Virus record (IMG/VR): IMGVR_UViG_3300044611_001480
Strand: one strand, 5' to 3'
Source of the DNA: an uncultured virus (IMG/VR IMGVR_UViG_3300044611_001480)
Taxonomy: Duplodnaviria > Heunggongvirae > Uroviricota > Caudoviricetes
DNA length: 64,000 nt
In this document: piece by piece, positions 46,857 to 57,700 of the stretch
Layout of the letters: every line of letters starts with the position of its first letter
How positions within the stretch are numbered: position 1 is the stretch's first letter
Notes under the pieces: model-generated
The model's database searches: none
What the model saw: the letters and a program-made list of their open reading frames with translations, nothing else
Told to the model about the DNA's origin: nothing
Program-made: the position numbers and the translations under genes

Positions 46857-48178
46857 TGGCAGTCTCAGTACAAGGTTTAAGATATCAATCAGTTACCATT
46901 CAATCATTGGATGGTAAGAATAAAATTGATTTAACCAATTCAATTACATCAGTGGATTATTATGAGGATATTTTATCTCCTTGTATAACAATGACAATTG
47001 ATATCATTAACTCATATTCTATTTTTAATAGACTTCCAATTCGTGGTGGTGAAAGTGTTTCAATGGAAATTGAAACTGTTTCTGGAACATTCTTATTAGA
47101 TGGCGACAATGCAATGTATGTGTATAAAGTAAGTAATCTTGATGCACAAAATAAAAATGAATCATTCACTTTACATCTCGTTTCAAGAGAAGGATTGACT
47201 AATGAAACAGTAAGATGCCAAACAATTTATAGAGGAAATTTACGAAATACTGTAACTAAAATTCTTAAAGATGATCTGAAGACAAAAAAATTTAAATCTG
47301 AAAATATAGAACAAACCTCAAATTCTTATTCTTTTATTGGAAATAATAAAAAACCATTTCATACTTTACAATGGTTAGGACCAAAAGCAGTTCCTACAAC
47401 TTCTGGTGGACCAACAGGAACTTCTGGTGGCGATCAAAGTGGGATAGCAAAAGGAACTGCTGGATTTTTCTTTTATGAAAATAAAGATGGATTTAATTTT
47501 AGAAGCATTGATAGTTTGGTATCAAATACAAGAATAGCAGTATCAAGTGCAAATAAGAAAAAAGTTTATAATTATAGTTATGATCAGTTTGTAATCGAAC
47601 ATAATAGTTTAAATAATAATTTCAAAATTATTAATTATAATTTTGAAAAAAATATTGACTTGATGAAATCTTTAAGAGTTGGTATGTATTCAAACAAAAC
47701 TTATTTTTATGATCTTTATAGCAATTCATTGGATTTATATAAGTATACATTAAAAAATCAAGTCAAAAATAAACTTGGTGCTGCTGAAAGTATTGCTGTA
47801 TCTGATGAATTTGGCGATAGTGTATCTCGTATTATGGTAAAAGTTGCAGATCGTGGGGTATTGAATTTTGATGGTTCTGTGAGCAATAAATTGACAAGTG
47901 GTGCTGATATGGCGATGGCATATTCAAGATACAATTTATTATTCAGTCAAGCACTAAATATGAATGTGCCATTGAATATCAATCTTAAATGCGGTGATAT
48001 AATTTATGCACAGTTTCCAAAAATGGAACCTGCAAATACTGGAGAAGTAGATCCAGAACAAAGTGGATTTTATCTAATTAAAGAATTAAGGCATCATTTT
48101 GATCCTACTAACAAAATGCTTACATCTATGAGGCTAGTTCGTGATAGTTATGGATTATACGGACCTAAAAATATTTAA
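46856..48178 (+). CDS. Baseplate hub protein (gp27-like)
   Basis: YYEDILSP, LPIRGGE, FFFYENKDGFNFRSID and SGFYLIKELRHHF motifs. Confidence 0.6.
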   Translation: MAVSVQGLRYQSVTIQSLDGKNKIDLTNSITSVDYYEDILSPCITMTIDIINSYSIFNRLPIRGGESVSMEIETVSGTFLLDGDNAMYVYKVSNLDAQNKNESFTLHLVSREGLTNETVRCQTIYRGNLRNTVTKILKDDLKTKKFKSENIEQTSNSYSFIGNNKKPFHTLQWLGPKAVPTTSGGPTGTSGGDQSGIAKGTAGFFFYENKDGFNFRSIDSLVSNTRIAVSSANKKKVYNYSYDQFVIEHNSLNNNFKIINYNFEKNIDLMKSLRVGMYSNKTYFYDLYSNSLDLYKYTLKNQVKNKLGAAESIAVSDEFGDSVSRIMVKVADRGVLNFDGSVSNKLTSGADMAMAYSRYNLLFSQALNMNVPLNINLKCGDIIYAQFPKMEPANTGEVDPEQSGFYLIKELRHHFDPTNKMLTSMRLVRDSYGLYGPKNI

Positions 48179-48180
48179 AT

Positions 48181-48390
48181 ATGGAATTACAAGAACTTAT
48201 AGACACTGTATGTGAGGAACTAGAAAATTCCTCATTAAACACACAAAGAATAAGATATTTAAAATCATATCTAGAAGATCTTTTGAAATATCAAAAGCAC
48301 AATCCTGATACTGTTGATATTCCAACTGCATTAGAATTATTTTGTGATTTAAATCCAGATGCATTAGAGTGTAGAATTTACGATGATTGA
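48181..48390 (+). CDS. cp12: CP12 Calvin-cycle regulator
   Basis: C-terminal PTALELFCDLNPDALECRIYDD. Confidence 0.85.
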   Translation: MELQELIDTVCEELENSSLNTQRIRYLKSYLEDLLKYQKHNPDTVDIPTALELFCDLNPDALECRIYDD

Positions 48391-50644
48391 AGAATCTTTA
48401 TTAAAATCAAATTATATCGGTAAAGATGGATTTAATTGGTGGATTGGTCAAGTTGCACATTCAAAGTATTGGAAAAAGGCAGCAGATTATTTCAATGGAG
48501 ATTGGAATTATCGTTGCAAAGTAAGAATTATCGGATACCATCCTTTTTCTGGATCAATTTTAAGTGATAATGATTTACCTTGGGCACAAGTAATGATTGA
48601 TCCTGCTTTCGGTAGTGGACAAGGCGGAACAGGAAAGACATTAGATTTGAAAGGCGGAGAAACTTGTTTTGGATTTTTCTTGGATGGAGATGACGCACAA
48701 CAACCAGTAGTTATTGGTCTTCTTCATAGAAGTGATGGAGTTAAGAATTTAATTAGTGAGGAAAATGTACAATCAGATTTGAGTTCAGGATTTAAACCAT
48801 TTACTGGACATCCTGGAAATAAAGTTAAGGCAACTCAATTAGAAGCAAGGAAAAGTAAAGAAATAGATCAAACTGCAACTACGGAGCAAAGAAACGAGCA
48901 ATCAGCAGAAACTTCTCCAATATCTCCTTTTCTTTTTAATACAAATCTAGATTTAGGTGTAGGTGTTGGAATTACAAATGCTAATGTTTCTTGGGATAGT
49001 GAAAAAGGATATACATCAGAAATAAAAGGATTTGATCCTAATTTAAATTTGGTAGGAGATAGATTAGTTTGTCAAGCACAATCAACTTACGGAATAGAAA
49101 AAAAATGTGATAGAACTTATATTATTTCAAATGGGTGTCAAAATAATTTAATCAGTCAAATTACCCAAATACTTCAAGATTTTGTTGCAATTACAAATGG
49201 GTTGGATAATTATTTGGGTACTTATATTGATCCAGTATTAAATGAGATCGTAGATATTGGGCAATCAATTGCAAATTGTGCAAGACAAATTGGTGGAATT
49301 GTAAAATTAATTATTAATAATTTAAGAAATACAATTTTTAAATGTATTTCCTGGGCATTTAGAAAACTTGTGGGATTGGTTGTTCCTCTTCCACAACAAA
49401 AAATTATTATGGAGCAATTGAAAAAATATTTGGATATTATTTTTTGTATTCTTGAAAAAATATCTGCTGAAATTATTGATTATATTGAAGGATTTCTTGG
49501 TGATTTGGCATCAAATATTATCAATGCTCCATTATGTGCAGTAGAGCAATGGACTGCTGGAATTCTTGCAAAAGTTATGGATAATATGGAAAGCGCACTT
49601 TCTACTATTATTTCTGGAATTGGTTGGTTGACTGGTGGTATTTCAACTGTTTCTGGAATTTTAAATCAAGCAAGTTCATTGGCATCACAAATTTTTAGTT
49701 TTCTTGATTGCACTGGTCTTGCTTGCAAAACTCCATATGTTTGGTCATCTAAATTTGGACCAAGCGAAAAAGAAGCGGACGATTGGCAAAAAATGGTTAA
49801 TGGTGTGAATGTATTTAAAGGTGTAAGTGATGGATTGGGTTCATTAGAAGAAGCAATGTATCAAACACCACTTTATGGTGGAATAACAGGAGTATTTAAT
49901 GATATATTCAATCAATGTAATGAAAAAGTTCAAAATCCAACAAGTCAAGAAGATATTATTCCATTACCTATTGGATCAAAATATTCAACTTGCGTTCCAC
50001 CGATTGTTAGAATTTTTGGAGATGGTATCGGTGCGAGAGCAATACCAATTGTAGATTCTGCTGGAGCTATTTTTTCAGTAGAAATTATTAATAATGGATT
50101 TGGATATACGAGTCCACCAATAATTACTATTGTTGATAATAGTGGTTGTGGATCTGGAGCAGAAGCACAAAGTATTATTAATAAAGATACTGGTTCAATT
50201 GAATCCATATATGTAATTAATTCTGGTTCTGGTTATGCACAAGGAAATTATACAAATATAGGAATTGGTACTACTGGTGGAACTATAATTAATACTACTA
50301 ATAATATTCCAAATACTGGAAAAGTAATTGGTTGCGTTCAGAATATAATTGTAATTGCTCCTGGATATGGTTATACTACTGGTGATACAATTACTGATGG
50401 AAAAAATACTTATATCCCAATAATAACTCCTGGTTCTGGTGCAATTATAGGAATTGAACCGTTAAAAACTCCAGTTTGTGGATTTGATAAAGCACCAACG
50501 TTAACTATAAATACCAGATCAGGAGTTGCCGCAGATCTTGTTCCAATTATGAAATTTACTCCAACATATACTGCAGTAGATCAAAATAAAATAAATCAAC
50601 AAGCAGCAATTTCAGGCATTACATCAGTGGTGGATTGCATATGA
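48383..50644 (+). CDS. Baseplate hub/spike protein gp5 (N-terminal OB domain)
   Basis: WWIGQV, KVRIIGYH, LPWAQV and GFFLDGDDAQQPVVIG motifs. Confidence 0.85.
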   Translation: MIEESLLKSNYIGKDGFNWWIGQVAHSKYWKKAADYFNGDWNYRCKVRIIGYHPFSGSILSDNDLPWAQVMIDPAFGSGQGGTGKTLDLKGGETCFGFFLDGDDAQQPVVIGLLHRSDGVKNLISEENVQSDLSSGFKPFTGHPGNKVKATQLEARKSKEIDQTATTEQRNEQSAETSPISPFLFNTNLDLGVGVGITNANVSWDSEKGYTSEIKGFDPNLNLVGDRLVCQAQSTYGIEKKCDRTYIISNGCQNNLISQITQILQDFVAITNGLDNYLGTYIDPVLNEIVDIGQSIANCARQIGGIVKLIINNLRNTIFKCISWAFRKLVGLVVPLPQQKIIMEQLKKYLDIIFCILEKISAEIIDYIEGFLGDLASNIINAPLCAVEQWTAGILAKVMDNMESALSTIISGIGWLTGGISTVSGILNQASSLASQIFSFLDCTGLACKTPYVWSSKFGPSEKEADDWQKMVNGVNVFKGVSDGLGSLEEAMYQTPLYGGITGVFNDIFNQCNEKVQNPTSQEDIIPLPIGSKYSTCVPPIVRIFGDGIGARAIPIVDSAGAIFSVEIINNGFGYTSPPIITIVDNSGCGSGAEAQSIINKDTGSIESIYVINSGSGYAQGNYTNIGIGTTGGTIINTTNNIPNTGKVIGCVQNIIVIAPGYGYTTGDTITDGKNTYIPIITPGSGAIIGIEPLKTPVCGFDKAPTLTINTRSGVAADLVPIMKFTPTYTAVDQNKINQQAAISGITSVVDCI

Positions 50645-51210
50645 GCAATTGTAACGAAAATCAACAAGTAATTCAAAATGATTGGTATAGATTTGAATGC
50701 GGAACAAAAAGTTTTGCAAACGGTGATATAGAGTTGGGATTATCAACACCAACTAAACAAGGAATTAATATGTATAAAAATGGAAATTGTGATTTTGCTA
50801 TTAATGGAACATTAAAAGAAGTATCTGGATTTAATGTTAAGTCTGGTCACGCGAGAATTATTGAAGCAGTAAATGGAGATATTCATATTAAAGCATCCAA
50901 TGGAACTATATTTCTTGAAGCAAGAAATATTCGTCTTGTTGGGGTTGACGGAGTAGAAGGAGAGATTACATTACAAGCATCAAGAATTTGCAATATTGAT
51001 GCGCCCACTGCGGGAATACAAGGAACAAATATTTCTTTAGCTGCTTCTAGCAAAGTTCAAGTTGCTGGAGCGGCTGCAGCATCTCTTGTGGGAGGAGCAT
51101 CAGCTACAATTGATTCTGGCGCTGATGCTGATAGTTCTTCAGTGATGGGCAAAATACTAAAAACATTAGAAGATTTTAAAAAATTCTTTAGTTCTATTTG
51201 TGAAGAATAA
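50641..51210 (+). CDS. gp5 C-terminal beta-helix-like spike protein
   Basis: NGDIHIKASNGTIFLEARNI repetitive beta pattern; follows gp5. Confidence 0.5.
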   Translation: MSNCNENQQVIQNDWYRFECGTKSFANGDIELGLSTPTKQGINMYKNGNCDFAINGTLKEVSGFNVKSGHARIIEAVNGDIHIKASNGTIFLEARNIRLVGVDGVEGEITLQASRICNIDAPTAGIQGTNISLAASSKVQVAGAAAASLVGGASATIDSGADADSSSVMGKILKTLEDFKKFFSSICEE

Positions 51211-51215
51211 TAATC

Positions 51216-52073
51216 ATGGCAGATCTAACTATTGCGAATGTTGGCGAAAAACTTATAGTAGGGCAAATTGATTCATCATTTTTGACTTTATCTTCAAAAT
51301 TTCTACCAGGAACTGCTGTTCTAAATGGACCAGTTTATATGGGAACACTTACTGGTGCTATTGGACTAGATAGGGCAACTTGTACGATTGGACCATCTAT
51401 TGTGGGATTTCCAGTATCACTTCAAGTTGATGGAGTTACAAATATTTTTGGTAATGCAAATATTTTTGGAATAAAGAATGTTTTTGCATTTTCAAATATA
51501 TTTGGATTTACAAGTAGGGTTGGAGCAAAATTTGCAACTGCATTTAATGCTGATGCTGGAGCAAAAGTACAAGTAGCTACAAATTTAACTTATGGATATA
51601 ATATAAATCAAGCACTTTTGAGTGCGCCTTTATCTGCTGCAGTTCAATTTAAGGGAAGTATTGCTGGATGCCCAGGAAAGAAAGATTTTGATATCCCTCA
51701 TCCAACAAAAAATGGATGGAGATTGAGACACGTTTGTATTGAAGGTCCAACTGCAGATGTATATGTACGAGGAATACTTAAAGATTCAAATATAATTGAA
51801 TTGCCAGAATATTGGAGAAAGTTAGTAGACCCAGAAACAATCACTGTCAATTTAACTCCAATTGGTTGGCATCAAGAATTGTATGTTGATAAGATTGAAT
51901 GGGGAACAAAAATTGTAATTAAAACTAATTCAGGTTCTTCTATAAATTGCTATTATACTGTTTATGGCGAAAGAGCAGATACTGATAAAAATATTTCAGA
52001 GTATGAAGGAACATATAATGATTATCCAGGAGATAATAGTCAATATATACAATCAGCCATAGTAAATAAATAG
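51216..52073 (+). CDS. Putative tail/spike-associated structural protein
   Basis: NIFG repeats; C-terminal FDIPHP...LRHVCIEGP domain. Confidence 0.55.
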   Translation: MADLTIANVGEKLIVGQIDSSFLTLSSKFLPGTAVLNGPVYMGTLTGAIGLDRATCTIGPSIVGFPVSLQVDGVTNIFGNANIFGIKNVFAFSNIFGFTSRVGAKFATAFNADAGAKVQVATNLTYGYNINQALLSAPLSAAVQFKGSIAGCPGKKDFDIPHPTKNGWRLRHVCIEGPTADVYVRGILKDSNIIELPEYWRKLVDPETITVNLTPIGWHQELYVDKIEWGTKIVIKTNSGSSINCYYTVYGERADTDKNISEYEGTYNDYPGDNSQYIQSAIVNK

Positions 52074-52110
52074 TTTTAAGATCAAAGAATGAATATAAAT
52101 TAATTAAATT

Positions 52111-53805
52111 ATGATTTCAACTAATTTTATTGCCGAGCAACAAGAGGAATTAGATTATAAGACTGCAGAAGTACAAATGATCAAAGATCAATTAACACTG
52201 ATGGATGTTAGAATTGATCGTTATGATACTATCATTCGTAATATAGATAAACAAATTATTCCACTTGTTGATGAAATTAATGTTTCTATTGCAGCAGTAA
52301 AAGATGCTTATGATAATCGGATTGCTGCTGGTTGTAGAAGTGATTTATATTGGGAATTAACTTCTACAAAATCTTATTTTGGATTGTCTCCAATAGTAAC
52401 CACAGTATATACTTGTAAAAAGAATCCAAATGTGAGAACAGATTATGGATATTATGGTGCAAAGTATTATAGAAGACCACAAAATCAAGATTATGGATCA
52501 AATATTGTTCGTGAATTTTTGGGCGCAATAGATTCTGGTAGTAATGTTTTAGCAGTATTTGGAATTATTGGAACACAAAATATATCAGTTGGAGATGATA
52601 TTTTAGATAATATTGATAATCCTGTTGTATTTTCTTCTGTTAATTTGCCCAAAATTGTTGGTTTTGGGACTACTAGTATTGCGGGAATTACTACCGATTT
52701 TGGTGGATATGTAAGTTCCGGTTCAACTATTATTGCGAATGTTGGTGTTGGAACTACAATTGGAATTAATACTGGAGATTCAATATCATTATCTGGAATT
52801 TTAACTACAGGAACAAAAGTAGTTGGGTTTGGTACTACTACAATTACGGTTAATAATGTTTGGGATTCAACTACTGGAACATTTATAACTACCAATGCAA
52901 CTGCAAATAGTTTAATCATAAGTATTCCAGCTGTTGGAACTGGAACTGGAACTTTTAAAGTTGGACCTTTGGTTACTTATCCAACTTTAATTTTAAGTGC
53001 AGTAGCATTATCAACTGCAACAAATACTAATTTTACAAATATAAGAACTACACAAATTGATTCAACTATATTTGATTATTCCAATAATCCCATAGATCCA
53101 GTGACTGTTGGTGTTTTGAATTCTAATACTATAGGTTTTGGTCATAAATTAGTAAGAGTCAATGATGGAAGTCCAATTGGCCCATTTCAATGGCAAGAAG
53201 TTATGACTTCAGAATTTGCAAATAAAACTGATTCTCAATTAAATGAATCTGAAAGATATTTAAGAACTACTTATCCTGAACCTGCTTGTGGTGCAAGTTA
53301 TGCCAGATACTATCCAGGAAATACTGAATGGCCTGTTTTATATACTAATACCTATAGTGGTGGTGGATCTTTTATTAGTTCAACTAGTACATATGCAAAT
53401 GAAGGAACTACAATTACCATTGGTTTTGGTATAACATCTCTTTATAGTATAGGATATACAACTACATCTTCAATAAATCCAGGTGCTGGTGTTTGTAATC
53501 CACTTGATGCTGCAATTATTGCTGCGGAAGCAAATAGAGATGCAATTATTGCAAGAAATTTATCAAAAATTGATTCTTTAATTGCTGCATCTAATCCCTT
53601 AAGAGAAATGAGAAATACAATAGAATCTCGTGCCTTTGCAATGCTACAAGGAAGAGTTTATGGAGATGTTGAAGTAAATAAACTCAAACAAAATATTTCA
53701 ATATTAAAATCAACAGATTATACACCATTTGAACCTCCAACATATTATTTTGATTCAACTACTGGAAAATTAGTGTCTTCTGTGGTTGGGACTTCGACCA
53801 CTTAA
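52111..53805 (+). CDS. Thr/Gly-rich virion structural protein
   Basis: Terminal coiled coils; repeated VGFGTT/VGVGTT motifs. Confidence 0.6.
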   Translation: MISTNFIAEQQEELDYKTAEVQMIKDQLTLMDVRIDRYDTIIRNIDKQIIPLVDEINVSIAAVKDAYDNRIAAGCRSDLYWELTSTKSYFGLSPIVTTVYTCKKNPNVRTDYGYYGAKYYRRPQNQDYGSNIVREFLGAIDSGSNVLAVFGIIGTQNISVGDDILDNIDNPVVFSSVNLPKIVGFGTTSIAGITTDFGGYVSSGSTIIANVGVGTTIGINTGDSISLSGILTTGTKVVGFGTTTITVNNVWDSTTGTFITTNATANSLIISIPAVGTGTGTFKVGPLVTYPTLILSAVALSTATNTNFTNIRTTQIDSTIFDYSNNPIDPVTVGVLNSNTIGFGHKLVRVNDGSPIGPFQWQEVMTSEFANKTDSQLNESERYLRTTYPEPACGASYARYYPGNTEWPVLYTNTYSGGGSFISSTSTYANEGTTITIGFGITSLYSIGYTTTSSINPGAGVCNPLDAAIIAAEANRDAIIARNLSKIDSLIAASNPLREMRNTIESRAFAMLQGRVYGDVEVNKLKQNISILKSTDYTPFEPPTYYFDSTTGKLVSSVVGTSTT

Positions 53806-53864
53806 AGAAGTGGCACAAGACCATTGACCGCGATTTGATTTCGTGCTATGATATTAGAGTACAG

Positions 53865-54053
53865 ATGAGTTCAACCTTTATGATGATTTCCCGCGAAACC
53901 CTTAATGAACTTCGTCATCTTCAAGAAGATATGGCAGAGCATTTTACTGATGAGCATTTTCCAATTAGCGGCGAAACATATTGGACTTGTGTAGAATGTT
54001 TGGCAACAGCAAAACTTGCTGAACTTCGTGGAGAACTAGTTTATGGTGGTTGA
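53865..54053 (+). CDS. Hypothetical protein
   Basis: Promoter TTGACC-17-TATGAT at 53824-53852; ORF LQEDMAEHF...SGETYW. Confidence 0.6.
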   Translation: MSSTFMMISRETLNELRHLQEDMAEHFTDEHFPISGETYWTCVECLATAKLAELRGELVYGG

Positions 54054-54086
54054 CAATTTTAAGACCATTATGATATAATGGTCTTA
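54050..54086 (+). promoter_or_regulatory. tRNA-Leu promoter overlapped by a 12-bp inverted repeat
   Basis: TTGACA at 54050, extended -10 TGATATAAT; TAAGACCATTAT-gat-ATAATGGTCTTA. Confidence 0.65.
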
Positions 54087-54092
54087 CATCAC

Positions 54093-54373
54093 GGGAGCGT
54101 GGTGGAATCGGTAGACACAACGGACTTATGTAAAATTGAGCCTCATTTAGGAAACTTTATGAGTGTAACTCCTCAAATTCGGTGAAACCTGCAAAATGGC
54201 AATACCGAGCCAAGCATCGTAAGATGAAGGTGTAGAGACTAGACGGGGGGCACCTAAACTGAAAAGTATGGTGAAGGTATAGTCCAGACCACAAACCGCA
54301 AGGGCAAGGAAACTTGTAGTGGTAAGAAAATCCGTCGGCTTCGGCTGTGCGAGTTCAAGTCTCGCCGCTCCTA
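54093..54373 (+). tRNA. trnL: tRNA-Leu(UAA), split by a group I intron (exons 54093-54127 and 54327-54373)
   Basis: Joined exons give the ACGGA-CTTAAAA-TCCGT anticodon arm, a long variable arm, GTTCAAG T-loop and GGGAGCG/CGCTCCT acceptor. Confidence 0.92.
54128..54326 (+). mobile_element. Group I intron (199 nt) in the tRNA-Leu anticodon
   Basis: Inserted at U^AA and ends in G; P AAATTCGGTGAAAC, Q AATACCGAGC, R GTGTAGAGACTAGACGG, S GGTATAGTCC. Confidence 0.92.
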
Positions 54374-54405
54374 TAAAAAATAAATATAAGATATGGGAAA
54401 TCCCT

Positions 54406-54678
54406 ATGTCTTATCGTATCGACCACGCATATTGCTGGTACAATAATGGCAGTATGATTGTGAAGATGTATTTTATCAATCACATTCCTTTTACATTTGA
54501 CGAACTTCCAGACGGTCATTTGTACGACCAAGACCTTTGTAAAGCAGCAGACAAAGAAACATCTTTCGAATCAGAAGATTTATATAAAAATTCATTCTAC
54601 TTAATAGATGAAGAGTGTCATCCTTGCTTATTTGAAATTGATTTGGAAAATCCAGAAGATATGCCACAAGATGTCTAA
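54406..54678 (+). CDS. Hypothetical protein
   Basis: MSYRIDHAYCWY...PFTFDELP. Confidence 0.7.
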   Translation: MSYRIDHAYCWYNNGSMIVKMYFINHIPFTFDELPDGHLYDQDLCKAADKETSFESEDLYKNSFYLIDEECHPCLFEIDLENPEDMPQDV

Positions 54679-54709
54679 ATAAGACAGAAGAAATTATTGT
54701 GCGGATAAA

Positions 54710-57700
54710 ATGCCTCTATCTAGGTTAGAAAATTTTCTTGTAAATACTGATGGTAATATCTTATATGTCAATCCATCTGATTTAGATGCTACTGATAGTT
54801 TTGATAATAAAGGAAATTCACTTACTCGTCCATTTGTAACCATTCAACGAGCACTAATAGAAGCTGCTAGATTTTCTTATCAGAGTGGTCCAAATAATGA
54901 TAGATTTGATAAAACAACTATTCTTTTATATCCAGGAACTCACTATATTGATAATAGACCTGGATACTATGTGAAATCTAACGCTGGAACTGCACAATAT
55001 TATGATGTAAATCAAACAGTAGTTTCAGTTCCAGATATTGAACTAACCAATTCTTCAAATTTTGATATTACAAGTTCTAGCAATGTTCTTTACAAATTTA
55101 ATTCTGTAGAAGGTGGTGTAATAGTTCCAAAAGGAACTTCTATTGTTGGTTTGGATTTAAGAAAAACAAAAGTAAAACCACTATATGTTCCTGATCCAGA
55201 AAATAATTCCATAGAAAGATCTGCGATTTTTAGGGTTACTGGTGGTTGTTATTTCTGGCAGTTTAGCGTTTTTGATGCAGATAGAGCAGTATATTATAAT
55301 TACAATTATGCAGAGCAGGCATCACCGACTTATTCACACCACAAACTGACAGTATTTGAATATGCAGATGGTGTAAATTTAAAGAATTTGACTGGAACAT
55401 CTGATCTTCAGATGTATTACTATAAGTTAATGAATGCTTATGGTGATGATACTGGAAATAGAGAAATCATTGATTATCCAACATCTAATGATTTTGAACC
55501 AAATAGTCCAGAATTTAAAATTGTTGGAGATCTAACTTCTGGCGATAATAATATTACAGAGTTAAATTCAAGTTCAACAGTTGCATCCGTAACAACTGAA
55601 TTTGCTCACGGATTGAGTGTTGATGATTCTATTCGTATTGCTGGTGTTGGTTCAGCACTTTACAATGGTAGTTTTAAAGTAGTTGGCGTTACCAGTGAAA
55701 GAAAATTTACATACCAATTACCATCTGCAGCAATTGACACTTCAGTTACAATTTCAATGAGTGAAAGAGTTATCATTGAACCAGATGGTGTAAATGGAGC
55801 ATCTCCATACATCTTTAACTGTTCATTGAGATCCGCTTTTGGAATGTGTGGTCTTCACGCAGACGGATCAAAAGCAACTGGATTTAAATCTATGGTTGTT
55901 GCTCAATACACTGGAATTGGATTACAAAAAGACTCCAATGCTTTTGTAATTTATAATGAATCCACAGGTCTTTATGATACAAACTCAACCACTTCTTTGG
56001 ATAAAAGACCTTTATATATTAACCAGGAAGCAATATATAAACCAGCATACGAAAATTATCACATCAAGGCATCAAATGATGCATTTATTCAAGATGTTTC
56101 TGTTTTTGCAATTGGATTTGCTCAACACTTTTTAGCAGAAGATGGTGCTGATCAATCAATTACCAACTCAAACTCTAACTTTGGATCCAAGTCATTGATT
56201 TCAAAAGGATTCAGAAAAGAATCCTTTGATCGTGATGATACTGGTTATGTGACTCATATTGTTCCACCAAAAGATCTCCAAGAAGATTCTTTTAATGCTC
56301 TTTGGAGATCACTTGATGTTGGGCTTACTACATCATATACTGGCGTTGGACAAACCTCTAGACTTTATCTTTTGGGTGAAACGGATATCAATAATCCACC
56401 ATCAAATATCACGAATGGATATAGAGTTGGTTCCAATATTGATGAAAAACTTTATGTTACAGTAAATATTAATGGCATAGATTCTACTTATTCTTCTCCA
56501 ATTTTGATGCAAGTTCCAACTGGAGAAGGTCCAATAGCACAAAAAACATTTACCGTAACTCAAACAACAGGCGTTAATAATATTGATGTTTCTTCGAATG
56601 TATTAACTTTAAATGCAACTCATAATTTTTACAACGGAGAATCAGTAAGAGTATTCAGTGATAATGCAATTGTTCCTGACGGATTAGAAAATGGAGCATT
56701 ATATTATGTCATTATAGATACCTCAAATACTATTAAACTTGCAAAAACTATTAATAATGCAAATGAAAATATTCCTGTAGATATTAAAAATACAAAAGGT
56801 GGCATTTTAAGTATTGTAAGTAGAGTTTCTGACAAACTTTCTGGAGATCCAGGTCATCCAATTCAATTTGATGCTGTTAATAAAAATTGGTATATTATTG
56901 GTAGTGGAAATACAACAACAAATCAAATATATCAAGGATTTAAAAATAATCCAACTGCAATTGCAGCAAATAATTCTTCCACTTTCATTCAAAGAAAGTC
57001 TGAAAATCGTGACCTGACAGATAGAATTTATAAGTTAAGATATGTTATTCCTAAAGAATATACAAATGCAAAAATTCCAGCAAAAAATTATGTTCTTCAA
57101 GAATCAAGTACTGTAAAAGAAGATTCTACAATTACAACTATAAATTCTAATCGCAACTCTCACGTAATTGCTGGAATTTCAACTGTTGGATCAACTGTCA
57201 CTGTCACATCAGAAAGACCGCATAGATTGAGCGTCAGTGATAGAGTAAGAATTAGAAAAGTTGTAAGTAGCACAAATTTAAGCGCAGCAGATGATGCTGG
57301 ATTTAATGGTTATTTTGTTGTAACTTCTGTTCCATCATCAAAAACATTTACATTTACTAACACATATAGCGGTGGAACATTTGCAAACAGTGTTTCAACT
57401 AGAGGAGAAAATCTTCCAGTATTCTCTAGAAATGAATATGATACCACTTATACAATTGAAAATGTAGAAACAGTTCAAGAATATTCTTCTGGATTACAAG
57501 ATGGTATTTACTATTTGACTTGTTTGATTGGAAATATTTCTCCTACGGCTCCAGAATTTACATCTCAAAAGTTTAAGCAAAATATAACTGATTTGTATCC
57601 AGTTGTAGATAAAGATAATTTGATTACTGATCCACTACAAAGTTTGACTGGAGCATCAAACAAATTAATTGGTAAAGTGATTGTAAATGACCCCCAAAAC

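Noticed and set aside
54319..54405. N-terminal extension of the ORF at 54319
   Set aside because: It overlaps the intron end and tRNA-Leu exon 2; the real start is ATG 54406.
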